Of a DNA stretch of 42,309 nucleotides, positions 11,735 to 23,706 are shown one piece after another. Below the pieces are notes generated by a model, which saw only the letters and a list, made by a program, of their open reading frames with translations, was not told the origin of the DNA and did not search any database. Within the stretch, counting starts at the first letter, position 1; each line of letters begins with the position of its first letter. This DNA is from Paraspadella gotoi. Lineage: Eukaryota > Animalia > Chaetognatha. The translations under genes were made by a program, and so were the position numbers. The stretch lies in the NCBI GenBank assembly GCA_051294375.1, contig CM119271.1, positions 8,576,148 to 8,618,456 on the forward strand, in the 5' to 3' direction.

Positions 11735-13124
11735 AGCCGGGGGAAATGGACGACATAACCATTAATCGGAGCGAGAGAAAGCGACGGCGTAAAAAGAAAC
11801 CAAAGGGAAAAAAATGGCGTCGCGGAGTGAGAATAGCATGGAGAGGAGGGGGGGGGGGGGGGCGAATGGGGGAGGAAGATGGGGGAATGGGGTGGAGATT
11901 AAGAGAGAGTGAAGGGGATTGAAGATGAGAGGGGGAAGGGGGTAGAATGAAAGACATGGAAGGGGGATGTGATGATATGCGGATGGAAAACTATGAGGTC
12001 AATATACAATGATGGGAAAAATTGTCGCGGCAATTTTTTAGCTATTTTTTCGGGCATCTTTGAATATAAAAAATCAAAAAATAAAGAATTTTATTTAAAA
12101 AAAACAAACTTAGATACTTGTGATCATATGAGCTGTCTTTCGGTTATGGACCGCACAAAAAAAAATAGTACTATGCAAAAGAATAATCGCGGTGTCCAAA
12201 ACAAAATTCCTCTTTTTTATATTTTATATTTTATATTTTTTGTAAATTTTTATACCATACTTCAATTTCTCCTCTTTTTATTGTTTTATTAAAGAGGAAC
12301 CTGCCTTTGATATATTCTCAATGCAAATGATTGGCTGCAATCCTCTTTATTAAAGATAGATTCATGAAAAAAACATATTTTATAATAAAATTAACTAGTT
12401 TTTCGCAAACCCGGACAATTTTTTTTCCATCGTGGTAATATTGGAGAATGGATATTTTCGATGAAAGGAAGAAGGGGAAGAAATATTTTGCAAATTGGGA
12501 AGGTAAAAGGGAACAAGGATGGGCAGAAATTGAGAGATGGTGGGCAAGAAGAATGAGAGATGGCCACGAAATAAACATGATTTAAAGATGAGAAAAGGGA
12601 GGAAAAAAAGTAGCGAATGTAGAATTGGGATTAGATGAGAATAAAAAGGAGAGAAAACAGAAGTGGGAGTTCCTGTTAAAGAATTAAATCCAGTCAATGA
12701 AAGATAAATGGGAAAGTTTGAAACAGCGAAAAAGAAGAGACTTGGAACACAATGGACTCGATATTGCAAATGACGAGAGTCATTGAACTCGTTGAACGGG
12801 CTGAAACAAAAGAACAAAGCGAACTAAAAACGAAACAAAACAATAAAAAATATACGAATAAAGAAACTGAAACTATATGCCCCTTATACTACAAGTTTGG
12901 CTTAAAGGGTAAAATTTACATGGTAACAAAATTCTACATCGAATTGGAACCAAATTCAATTACCAATTATGAAAAAAACGAATGACCATGAACTCCCGCA
13001 CGGGGACGTTTTATGACGTCGTCTGTCGTCCGCGTCGTCGTTCTTCATGGTTTTTGACTCTGAAAGAAAAAAAAAGAAAAAGAAAGGAAATGAAGAGGAA
13101 GACAGAAAATAATCCCGAAAAATG

Positions 13125-13173
<49 letters not shown>

Positions 13174-13817
13174 GAGAGAGAGAGAAAAAGGAAATATTCC
13201 CTCTTTCTTATGGCTCCGCTCATGACAAAACCCTCGTCGACCGCATAAGGTTGAAGGGAGACGCCCTCTTTTGCCTTGATAAAATGAATTCATTAATTTT
13301 AAAAAATTTCGCCATTCTAGTACATCGGCCATCCATCATTCTTTAACTGCCTTCACCTTTCATAAACTTCCGCGCCCGCCACCGCCCACTCCTCCATCTC
13401 TCTCCTCTCTCATCCTCTCTCTCTACACTCTCTCTCTCTTTTCTATCTCGTATATATTGTTTAGTGGTCGAGGCCGGGCGCAGGGGGAAATGGGCGTCTG
13501 ACGACACCGACCAATCGGAAGCCTCCATTCCATTTCGTCCGCCAATCAGAAACGTCTCTTCGCTTCCCTCCGCCGCCGCTGAATCATTAGCAAAAGTCGG
13601 AGATTTTCGAATCATTCTGTCTTTCGGCCGCCGCATCCTTGCGCGCCGCCGCTTTAACGCGAGGAGGCTGACGCTGTCGCTTGCTGCCGCAGCAGCCGCT
13701 AACAACCCCCACATATCCCATAAGTTATCATAATTTTTTGCCGTTCTTTCGCAATTAGACCGGGTAGCCTGGGATGACGTTCAGCGCGAGCTGGAGCGGA
13801 GGTAGAAGGGGGTGAGA

Positions 13818-13896
<79 letters not shown>

Positions 13897-14784
13897 AGAG
13901 AGGAGAGAGGAGAGCATAGATTTTCGGAGCCCAAACGAGTTTTTGATGAACTGGTAGACGCCGTCTCGGTTTCGGGTGTCGTGGTCTGAGTTGCGTCACG
14001 CCAAGCAGCGTATGATCGTCACGGGAAGGATTGCCACGATGCCGCCACGCCACAAACTATATGCCATGTCCTACGTCGTTGTCGTGGTTAATGGAATATG
14101 GACGAATGGACGACGACGAACGACGAAAAAATCGCGACGACTGATATTAATATTAAACATGAGTCCTTCACTCGACAAAGAGGCAAATAAAAACTAAATT
14201 TTTGACTAATAATGGTAGGTAGAATATATGACGAATGTAGAATTTCAAATAATTAACAAAATTTTAAAAAATTTAAAAGATTGACAGATGAAAAAGTAAA
14301 TTCAAGTTCATCGATTGGACATTGACAGAAAAAACATTATAATCGTCGAGTTTTAACGTAAAATTGACACGGTAATTAATTACCAAATTAACAACGAATT
14401 CTTTTTTAAAAGAAACGACGATAACCATGCGACAATCGAAAGTCGACTTAAATCGAATGAAAAGATGACGCGAATACGGACGACGACGACGACGACGAAG
14501 CGATTGGCCTTTCCTTCCGGCCTAATTTATTCACATCGCTCACAGAGAGGCGACGAAGAACAGCAGGCGAAGCGACAGGTGGCGAACAGGCGACACGACT
14601 TAACGAGAACAAGCGGCGAACGCTTCGCGATCAGGCCGAGATTAATCTTTTTCAAGAGGCGAATGTTTTTCCTAAATTGGAAAGATTAAGTCTACTTCTA
14701 ATCATTAAACAATTTAAAAGGTTTAGGGGGATTTTTAGGACGTTATTTACTCTCCTCTCTCTCTCTCTTCTTCTCTCTCTCTCA

Positions 14785-14819
<35 letters not shown>

Positions 14820-15034
14820 CTTCTTCGTCCTTCTCTCCTCTCTGGTCTCTCTCTAACGCTACCCCCACGATCAACCGATCGGCAAGACGAAATCGTAATA
14901 AACGAAGGTTATTAAAATTAATGGAGTCTATAGTAATCGTGTTTTCTTTTTTTAGATTTTGAACCGTTAAGATGTGGGAAAGTACTCTTCATCTTCTGTC
15001 TCTCTCTCTNNNNNNNNNNNNNNNNNNNNNNNNN

Positions 15035-18000
15035 TCTCTCTCACCACTCCCTCTCCCCCTTGTTTTCCTTCGCCCTTGCTAGAGAGCGAGTGATTTTCAC
15101 GTTTTTCTCTCGTTCGTCACGGGCGGCCGTCGACAATATTGCTTACGACGGATTAAGGCGTTCGATCGCCGACGTCGCTGGGGTCGACGATACACTTTCC
15201 GATTGGTCGCTCGATCCGACGCCTCGACCGTTGAATGGACGAGAGAGATGAACGAGGCTCCCGATTGGTCGAGAGTCGGGACGGCGGAAAGAGCGACGCC
15301 CAGTGTTTCCGCTTATCGCCCGTTGATGGCCGAGGCCAGGAAAACTTGTCCCGGCCGGAGAAAAAAGAAAATGGGGAGAAGAGGAGGCAGAGGGGGACAG
15401 GGAAAGAGAGAGAGAGAGAGCGAGTGGAAAAAATTGGGAGTAGAAGAGAGAGAGAGAGTGGGTAAAAAAAAAAATATATGTATATACCCCGCCTCTTTCG
15501 AACTCTCTCGCTCCCAACCCTTCAAAATTGCCGAGGGGGTGATAGAGTCTTTGAGGGCGTGTCCCATTCCCGGGCGCGCTCGCGAGAAAGCGGAGGCGTT
15601 AACGACGGACGCGAAGCCACAAAATTCGCCGACTATTATGATGAATGACGCGCGAGGAAGGAAAAACGACGCGCGGCGACGAGAGATGGCGTCGCCAAGT
15701 TAGAACCGACCAATGGCGTGGCTGGGATGGAAGTATCGACCAATCGGGTTCGATGTCTTGAAAGGGCGTTGATATTTCGGCCAATCGGAGAGACGGAACG
15801 GATACAGCGACCAATGAAAGTGAATCTAAGCGAGGCGGACTTTTAATTCCGACCAATGAGATTGTTTTAAACGTCAGCTTTTTAAAAACCAAGCTTTTTT
15901 TGTCGAAAACGAGACTCCAAAAGCGTCCAATCTGCGAGCTGCGAGCTTAAGCTTTCTTTTTTTTGAGACAGACCAATAAGACTCTAGGAATTTATTCCTT
16001 CGGTTACTCCTCGACCAATCGCGTCGACGGGAAAAAAAAAATCTGAGAAGGAGAACATAAGGGAGAAAGAGAGACTTGTGTGTTATGAGACTTGAGGAAG
16101 TAAGAGAAGAAAATAAGACAATAAAGAAAGTTGTGGAAGAGAGAAAGTGAGAGAGACAGGGTGAAAAGGGAAAAGGTGACAAAAAGAGAGGAAAGGAAAG
16201 AAAGGAGAGTGAATGAGAAGAGGGCCTTTATTTTTTTTCCAGGAAACGCTCGCATTTCATTTTGAATTAAGATTAATTTTTTTTTTAGTTAAAGATTCAG
16301 TCTAATGAAATTGGTAAGCACCAATATAAAAATTATCCTTCATTAATAAATAAGCTATCTTGCCCTGACTTTGGACAGGCTTTGGTGGTTTAGGCCTCCA
16401 TCACTGCTTAACAAGATAATGAATAAGAGTCCTGCCAAGGTTTCAACAATACTCTTCTCACCGTCTCGTTTATTCACTCCCAATGAGTACCTGGCTTCCC
16501 ATCAATAGTCGGTGTATAATTTTCAAAAAGTTTAATTGTATTAAAAGACCACTCCCTTAAGTATTAGATCGGGGAATACTTTTGAGCTCCGCACTAGCAT
16601 CAAAAATCAAGGAGCGAATTTATTGAAATTGGTGACAACCAATATAAAAATTATCAACATCTCATTTAATAAATAAGCTATCTTGCCCCTGACTTTAATA
16701 TTAAGGTTAGGGATCAGGTTAGAGATAAGATTAGTGACTTGGTTAATGGTTACTAATTAGGGTTAATGATTTAAGTTAAAGACAAGAGTTTAAGATTAGA
16801 AGTTAAGATTAAAAATTTTAAAAAATGGGTTATGGTTCAGGATTAGGTTAAAGTTAAGGATTAGGGTTTTAGATTTAGAGTTAAAGATTTGGTTATAGGA
16901 TTAATTAAATTTTTATAAGAAAAAAAAATTCTGGGATAAACTAACGGAAATGGGGCATTCTCGGAAAAGAGAGTCGAAGAAGAAATGTTTTGGAAATAAC
17001 TGCGGCGATATTTGTTCGACTTACGACGCCCTTGCGATTCGACCTGGCGAAGACTTTCGTTCGGACCGAGATGGCGTCCGCGGCGTGAGCGTTATGACGT
17101 CAGGATGTTCGAGCCTGGGCTAGGGGATATGATGAGGCTGTTGTTGTAGCGGTAAGTGAATTTATGTTGTGGTGGTTTTATGAGAGTCTCGTCTTCCGAG
17201 TCGTCTTAGTTAAGACGAATTCTTTGGCTCCCAAGTCGTTGTCTTCTCTGTCATCGTCGTTGTCGTCGTAATTGTCATTTTGGTCGACTTTGTCAGCATC
17301 GTCGTTTTTGTCGTCATCGAGGTAGATGTCTTTTTCATAACCAATGTCTTAGAAGTCGCCTTCGTCGTTTACTATGTCATTTTCGTCGTCGTCGTCGTCG
17401 TCGTCATTATCTTCGTCGTCGTCTTTCGTGTTTCGTGACGCCTTTTCTTTCTCACCTTTCCACCAATCTACTTTTCTATTTTCGCTTTTCTTTTTCTCTC
17501 CTCTACTTTTCTAAACCCATTTCCACACCTTTTCTACTATTTTTTTAATTTTCTTTTCTTGCACTCTTTTCATTATCGAAAGTGTTTTGTAACATTGCAC
17601 TGAAATTACTTTTCTTTTCTTTCCATGTATTCATCAGCGTGTGGCGCTAGTAGCTAACATCGCCTCATTTCGTAGATGACCCTAATTGGGAAACCTTTTC
17701 GTTGTCTTGACAAAAATTCTTAAAATATCTTTAATAATATTTCAAGAAGTATCATCGCATGCTCAGTTAGTAATACTTTTCAAAGTAGGAACTAATTTCG
17801 TGCGAAATTTAATTTTCTAAGTTTTTTTAATTAATATACACTTAGACTAATAATTAACTTACACTTTATTAAAAACAATTCACAAAAAATTCAAGAAAAT
17901 TATTTTATCCTATTATCATTTACCTTTAGTAGCCGATGCAATTTTTATTTATTATTGGATACTCATTGCTTTTCTTTCACCCCGCCATATTGTTTCTAAC

Positions 18001-18214
18001 TATTCGAATTATTTTTCTTAAGACTTACCCTTCCAAAGTTCCCTACTACCTTTCTCACCTCCCACTTTCCATTAGACCTTACCAAGAAAAAAAACTTAAA
18101 GGTGGGAGGGGAAAGATTTATAGAGGTGCGGAAAAACTTTAAAGCGCCTATTAGAGGTTAAGGCGAAGGACTCCGCGGCCCAGAAACCATTAGGAAAAGA
18201 GAAGAGAGAGAGAC

Positions 18215-18240
<26 letters not shown>
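15035..18240 (+). repeat. Partial copy B of the 8.1-kb segment (matches ~7070-10380)
   Basis: Collinear sequence with many 1-nt indels; starts after a 25-N gap and runs through an (AG)n tract into unique sequence. Confidence 0.9.
15700..16025 (+). promoter_or_regulatory. Array of same-strand CCAAT boxes (NF-Y-like)
   Basis: CCAAT at 15710, 15740, 15781, 15811, 15853, 15927, 15973 and 16015, mostly as GACCAAT(C/G); CpG-rich context. Confidence 0.4.
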
Positions 18241-18274
<34 letters not shown>

Positions 18275-21200
18275 GAGAGAGAGAAAAGCCGAGATGATAA
18301 GGAGTCGATCAATCCGGCCAGCCGGATCAAGGTGCGAGAGTAGAAAGGGAAAAGAGGGGAGAAGAAGAAATAAAGAATCCAAAAGACAAGGACTGGGAAA
18401 CTGTCTGAAAGAAAAAGGAAAAAAAGTGAAAAGATTACAAGGTTTCAAAAAGGAAACTAAGAAGTCAGAGATTGAGAAGAGATAGAGAAAAATCACGACG
18501 CCCAAATGGGAAAGAAGATGCCAAAAAAAAACTGTGATTAGATACAGCAGCAAGAAATAGGTACCAAGCGATGGCAAACAAGCAATAACAATACAGTCAA
18601 AATGAAACTCGATCATGCTCTAATTTGTCTCCAACAGAAGGATGAGCCTCGACAAATGTATATTTCCAAGCATCTGCGAATCGAAGGCTTTTAAAAAATT
18701 ATTTGACTTTGAGATATTTCGAGCCGTACTATAGTTTCATGTATAGTTTTTACACTAATTCAGAAAAGGTCCAATTTCGTGTTTATGAACTTGAACTTTT
18801 GTGTGGCTTCTAATATCAAAGTTAAACCCTATTTCTGGTTTACCAATTCCTTACGGGCGTCTTTAAAAATACTTTGGCCAAAAAATCTTCAAAGCATTGA
18901 CATTTTCTCTCCATTAGCTTTCATTGTGTTTTCCTCGATTTTTTTTTTTTTACGAATTTACATTTCGTTTTCCTTCTCTTTTCGGTTGGGAAATAAAAGA
19001 AACTGAGGAGATAAATGTGAGGAGAAAGAAAGTTAACTGTAAGGTTAAAAATAGACGGACAGAGAGAAAAGACGCGAAAAATATCCGGGAACTCAAACGA
19101 TCGGGGATGATGGAAATGAAGTGTGGGAAAAAGGGAAAGCATAAGGCAGTTAAAAAGACAAAGGGAGGGAAGCTAATACTTTCTTCTTCTCTCTCCTTCC
19201 GCTGCCTCTCTCTCTCCTCTACGTCCCACTTCTCTCTCTCTCTCTCTCTCTTCTCTCTCCCCCTCTCCTCCTTACTCTCTCCATCTCTCTTCTCCCTCTT
19301 CTTCTCTCTCTCGGCTCTCTGTCGTCTCTGTCTCCTCAAGAAAGGTAATAACCGCCTGGGTCATTCCGGAATGGGCGTTGTTTATTTATAAAAAGGCGGC
19401 CCTTCGTCCCGGCCCCAACTAGATCTGGGTTTTTTGTGTCTCCGGAATTCCCCTTCGGCCGTCCGGACAGAGCCGTTCTTCTCTTTTCTCTTAAAAAAGC
19501 CTGAAAGGTTATCTTATCTTTTCTCAAATATGAATGCGGAAAAGTCACCTATTATATTATTGGTCTGCGTCAATGAGTCAAGAGTGAGTGTTGGGAAGCG
19601 TTGAGTAAATCACCCGCGATTCGTATTAAATTATCGAATATTACTATTTAAGCGTAAACATAAAAAAGCGCGATTTAATTAAATTGAGAAAACTAGAGGA
19701 AAGAGAAAAGAAACATTTTTCTTTTAGATAAAGAAAAACACATATTGATAAAAAAATGGTACATTTTTTCTACTTCTGTGTATGTTTTTCTTGCGTTGAT
19801 CTCTATCTAATGTGTCTAAAATCTTCGTTCGGAAGTATTCCAGCAAACCTTTTTTTCAATCTAGTAACAATATGTGTTCCTTCATCAAAATACAAATCTG
19901 AAAAATCTTTACGGTTGATTAAATGAAGACAAGGAAAATTTGACACCACAACAACAGAAAAAACCCGAATATGAAAATTAAAGAAAACAATTTCGATCAG
20001 CGCAAAAACCGAATAAATATCACAATTCAAAAAGCCTTTACATCAGAAGATGTGAGGCACTCACTGCCCTCCTCCGTCATGCCTCATCAATTTTCCTCTA
20101 CCCTGTTCTTTCATCTTTCTTCCTTTTCCAGCTCCTTCCTTCTTCTTTCACTAAGATGGACAAAATAAAGAAAAGCAGTGCTTTTCCGAGCAAACGAGAA
20201 GAAGCGAGAACAGATGCTGCCGAAAATAAAAAAAAGTTACCATTCGGCTCCTACAAGAAAAAAGTGGTCAAGGATCCGCGCGCCGAAAAAAGGAGCGCGT
20301 TAAATCCAGAATGCACGACTTAGTTAAAAATCCGTCAATGATAAACAAAGATTGAGAAAATCACCAAATTACCACCAGAATCCCAGATCGAATGTCATTA
20401 AAAAAAAAGAAATCAAGCCCCTCTAGTCTGTATGATTTTGTAAAAATCCGAAAAAGAGATTCCAAGAAAGAACATAACCGCGCGAAGACCAACGAAGAAA
20501 CTTCCCTCCTTCCAAAGCCCGTGAAGCATATTTTCTCGTATTTTAATTCCTTTTTTCCTTTTCATTTTCACAAAAATAAAAATAAAAAACCGGCTTTCAC
20601 TTTTTGTTTGTGTTTTCACCGAAGCCACGCACGAAATTAAGAGAAAAAATGAAGGGCGTGCAGGAAATACTTTGTAATGTCGGCGTGAGAGACGAGAGAG
20701 AGAGAGAAGATTAGAAAATGTGTTCATGGGTAAATTCACTTTCCTGTTAGCTAGGTTTACTTTTCATCTGCGCTCGTGGTCGTTGGCAATAGTCTAAATT
20801 GTTTGTGTTAAGCGAACTAAACCACCCATCCTTGCCTGATACACTTTCTTCGAACGAGAAAATTTTTGGCGAAAGAGAAGTAGGGGAAAGCGGAGGCTTG
20901 AAGTGCGACGGACATGAGATTTTAAACGAAATCTTGTCGCTGTTTTTGTTTTCGTCGCGGATGTCGATAGTTAATTAGGGCCCGTTTAATTAGTTACCGT
21001 TGTTTTCGCACTTTAAGGATTCAACAAACCATGACAACAATCGACCACGTACTTTATATGGTTTCTCCAACGCAATAGTTAAAACTATTTTGGCATTATC
21101 TTAACTAATCTTAGAGCATTTAGTTTTTTTACTTTACTACGGTTGAACCTAAGGATAAAATATATTAATAACCAAAATCCCTTCCGCTATACTGTGTGTG

Positions 21201-21919
21201 TAGAGACGAAACGATGGCAGAAAACCTGAACAGGAGCAGTGGCCCCCCGTCACTCGCTCAGTCTGACTCGTGTCCGGCAAATCAGGGAATTAGAGCGCCA
21301 GAGGTTCATAATTGATGTGAACGTTGGTCTAGACCGCCCCTCCCCCCATCAACCGTCCTTTTTTTCTTTTCCAAAAAGAAAAGAGAAGAAAAAAAAAGAA
21401 AAATTCATTTTCTTTCCCCCAAAAAATATTTCTCGTCGGGAACCGTCATCCTTTTCAGCGCCATTTTTCTTCCTGTTCGTCACAATTTCACATCCTTCCT
21501 ATTTCCTTCGCTTCTCGACTTTTCCTTTTTCCTCTTTCTCCTCTCTCTCTTTTCGCAATCCCGCCTTTCCCTTACCTCGTCATTTCCTCTGTTCTCCGAT
21601 TTTATTTTTCATGTCGCTTCCACTTTTGCTTCGATCCCTTTTCCAAACATACCCTTTTTTCTTCATGTTTGTGCCCGAACTGTATTTTCTATTCTTCGCA
21701 GTTGGTTCACCCTTTTCAATCCTTTTCTTCATTTTTTTCTTCTTTCTTTTTTTTTTTTTTTCGAAATAAGGTTTTTTTTTTCTTTTATCTTTTCCTTTCT
21801 TCTAGACTAGTCGGTTTTTTTCTCGCGGCTAAATTTTCAAGACGTATTTTTTTTTAAACGAGGTTATTTCTTTTTTTATCCTCGAAATTCTTCACCGGAC
21901 GGACTCCGCATGCCGATAT

Positions 21920-21932
21920 TGACCTTTGACCT
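21920..21932 (-). promoter_or_regulatory. Perfect nuclear-receptor DR1 element
   Basis: TGACCT-T-TGACCT, i.e. AGGTCA-A-AGGTCA on the minus strand; function is inference only. Confidence 0.35.
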
Positions 21933-22243
21933 TCTAACCCTTGACCAAATCGCCTTCTCATATTGCCGCAGCCCGTGTGACGTTCAGCCGAGTCCTTCCA
22001 CTCGCCCGACTCAGGGCTTTCGAGCGGGGAGTTTTTCCCCTTTCCGACCCTCCTCATCTCCGACCTGCGACACAGCTCGACCCACTTACCCTCGCTTTGA
22101 ACGGACGACCTCCGACGAACTCGGTTCCTTCGACATCAGACCCCAGAGAGACTGAGGGACGATTTTGCGCGTTCCCTCCGCGTGATTTCCGGATCGTGTG
22201 ATTCCGATCCGGTGATTCCGGTCGCGGGAATGACTCTAATCGC

Positions 22244-22254
22244 CAAGATGGCGG
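22244..22254 (+). promoter_or_regulatory. YY1-type motif in a CpG-rich island
   Basis: CAAGATGGCGG matches the YY1/Pho consensus. Confidence 0.35.
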
Positions 22255-23348
22255 ACGGACGGAAATACTCGGAAAAATTGATTCTGGAGCAGCGGATTCT
22301 GTTATAAGTTATGGAATTTGTTACGAATATTGAACAGCTTATTTAATAAAATGTTTATAAATTAAAAGAAAAGGGAAAAATATATCTCTACTTAGTTATG
22401 TGGAAAATTCGTTAACTTAGCCTGTTTAATTTTCTAGGACCAAGAATCCCCTTTAATTGCAAACTTTTTTTATCCACCGCCGAGCTTCAATTTATGGACA
22501 CAAAAAAGGAAATCGAATTTCCCAATTGTACAAGTTCTTTCTTTCGCTTTTTCTTGCTTTTTGCTCCTCATTTCGTGCTTTCTCCTGTTATATTCACCCC
22601 TTGCCCTCCCCTCCTTTCCAACTGGTCCCGGAGGCGGACGAAACGGACGGACAGAAACTTTACCACGGATATAAACTCACCTTCACCCGGGTTTGAACTT
22701 TCGTAAGTATGTTGTTGTAGTGGAATTATAAAACTGTAAAAGTTATGAAAGGAATGTCATTGCTTTCTCTCTCCTCTCTCCCTGGAACCGCACCTACTCT
22801 CCTCGTCCATATGCCCCTCTCCCTCTCCTTCCTCAATACCTATGACTTTGCACCGCCTATATCCCATTTTCACGGAATTTTTTCCGTCGTTTTTCTTTTT
22901 CCCCTCCTTTTCCTTTCAGGACGGGTTCTTTCAACCACAGTTTTTTTCGTTCTCTAGGAGTGATATATATAATTTTTATCTGGTGAAGGCAACACCCCTC
23001 CTTTAACACTCAAGCGTCGGCCGCGCTATTCTGATAAATGGAACAAGCCATAGTTCCAACGCTTCGCTTTGTCTTCGGGCGTCCACTCCCCTATCTTTCG
23101 CGAGGCAAGTGTGAGATAAAAAGAAGGAGAAGAGAAGACAGAAGGGAGAAGAGAGAAAAGAGGAGGAGAAAGCGTCGAGATTATCGCCGGACTGACCAGG
23201 AAGTTCACCCTCCAACAATTTGCCAAAAATATAGACCCGATGGTGCTAATAGAGCTCCAGACGATGGCTTAATTACGGAGCAACACCTACGGTTAGGGGA
23301 GTGCGTCAAAAGAGAATATAGGAAAGGAGAAAGGAAAAAAGCAAAAAA

Positions 23349-23379
<31 letters not shown>

Positions 23380-23483
23380 GAGAGATGCGAGAAGGAAGAG
23401 AAGATGAGAGAGAGAGAGACAGAAAGGAGCAGAGAGGAGATANNNNNNNNNNNNNNNNNNNNNNNNNAAAGAGAGATAATGCA

Positions 23484-23670
23484 TTTTTCGGAATTGTTCA
23501 CAGAAATTTCTGGCCGTCCGTTAGTCTGGAAAACCTGTTCGCTGTGACAAAATCCTGAACGGGCGAAGTTTCACATCAAGTTGGTTGACTGACGAGGAGG
23601 TTGTAAATCAACCGAAAAGGGTTGTAAATTCTCTCTCTCTGTCTCTCTCTCTCGTCTCTCTTCTTCTCTC

Positions 23671-23706
<36 letters not shown>

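Larger units (their letters stand above)
6860..15009 (+). repeat. ~8.1-kb segment, copy A
   Basis: Collinear with 23484-31599 (offset about 16.6 kb); identical ORF translations, e.g. 11187-11957 vs 27776-28546 and 13343-13714 vs 29933-30304. Confidence 0.95.

Noticed and set aside
18306-18322. Perfect short palindrome ATCCGGC-CA-GCCGGAT
   Set aside because: A single 7-bp stem is expected by chance in 42 kb; no supporting context.
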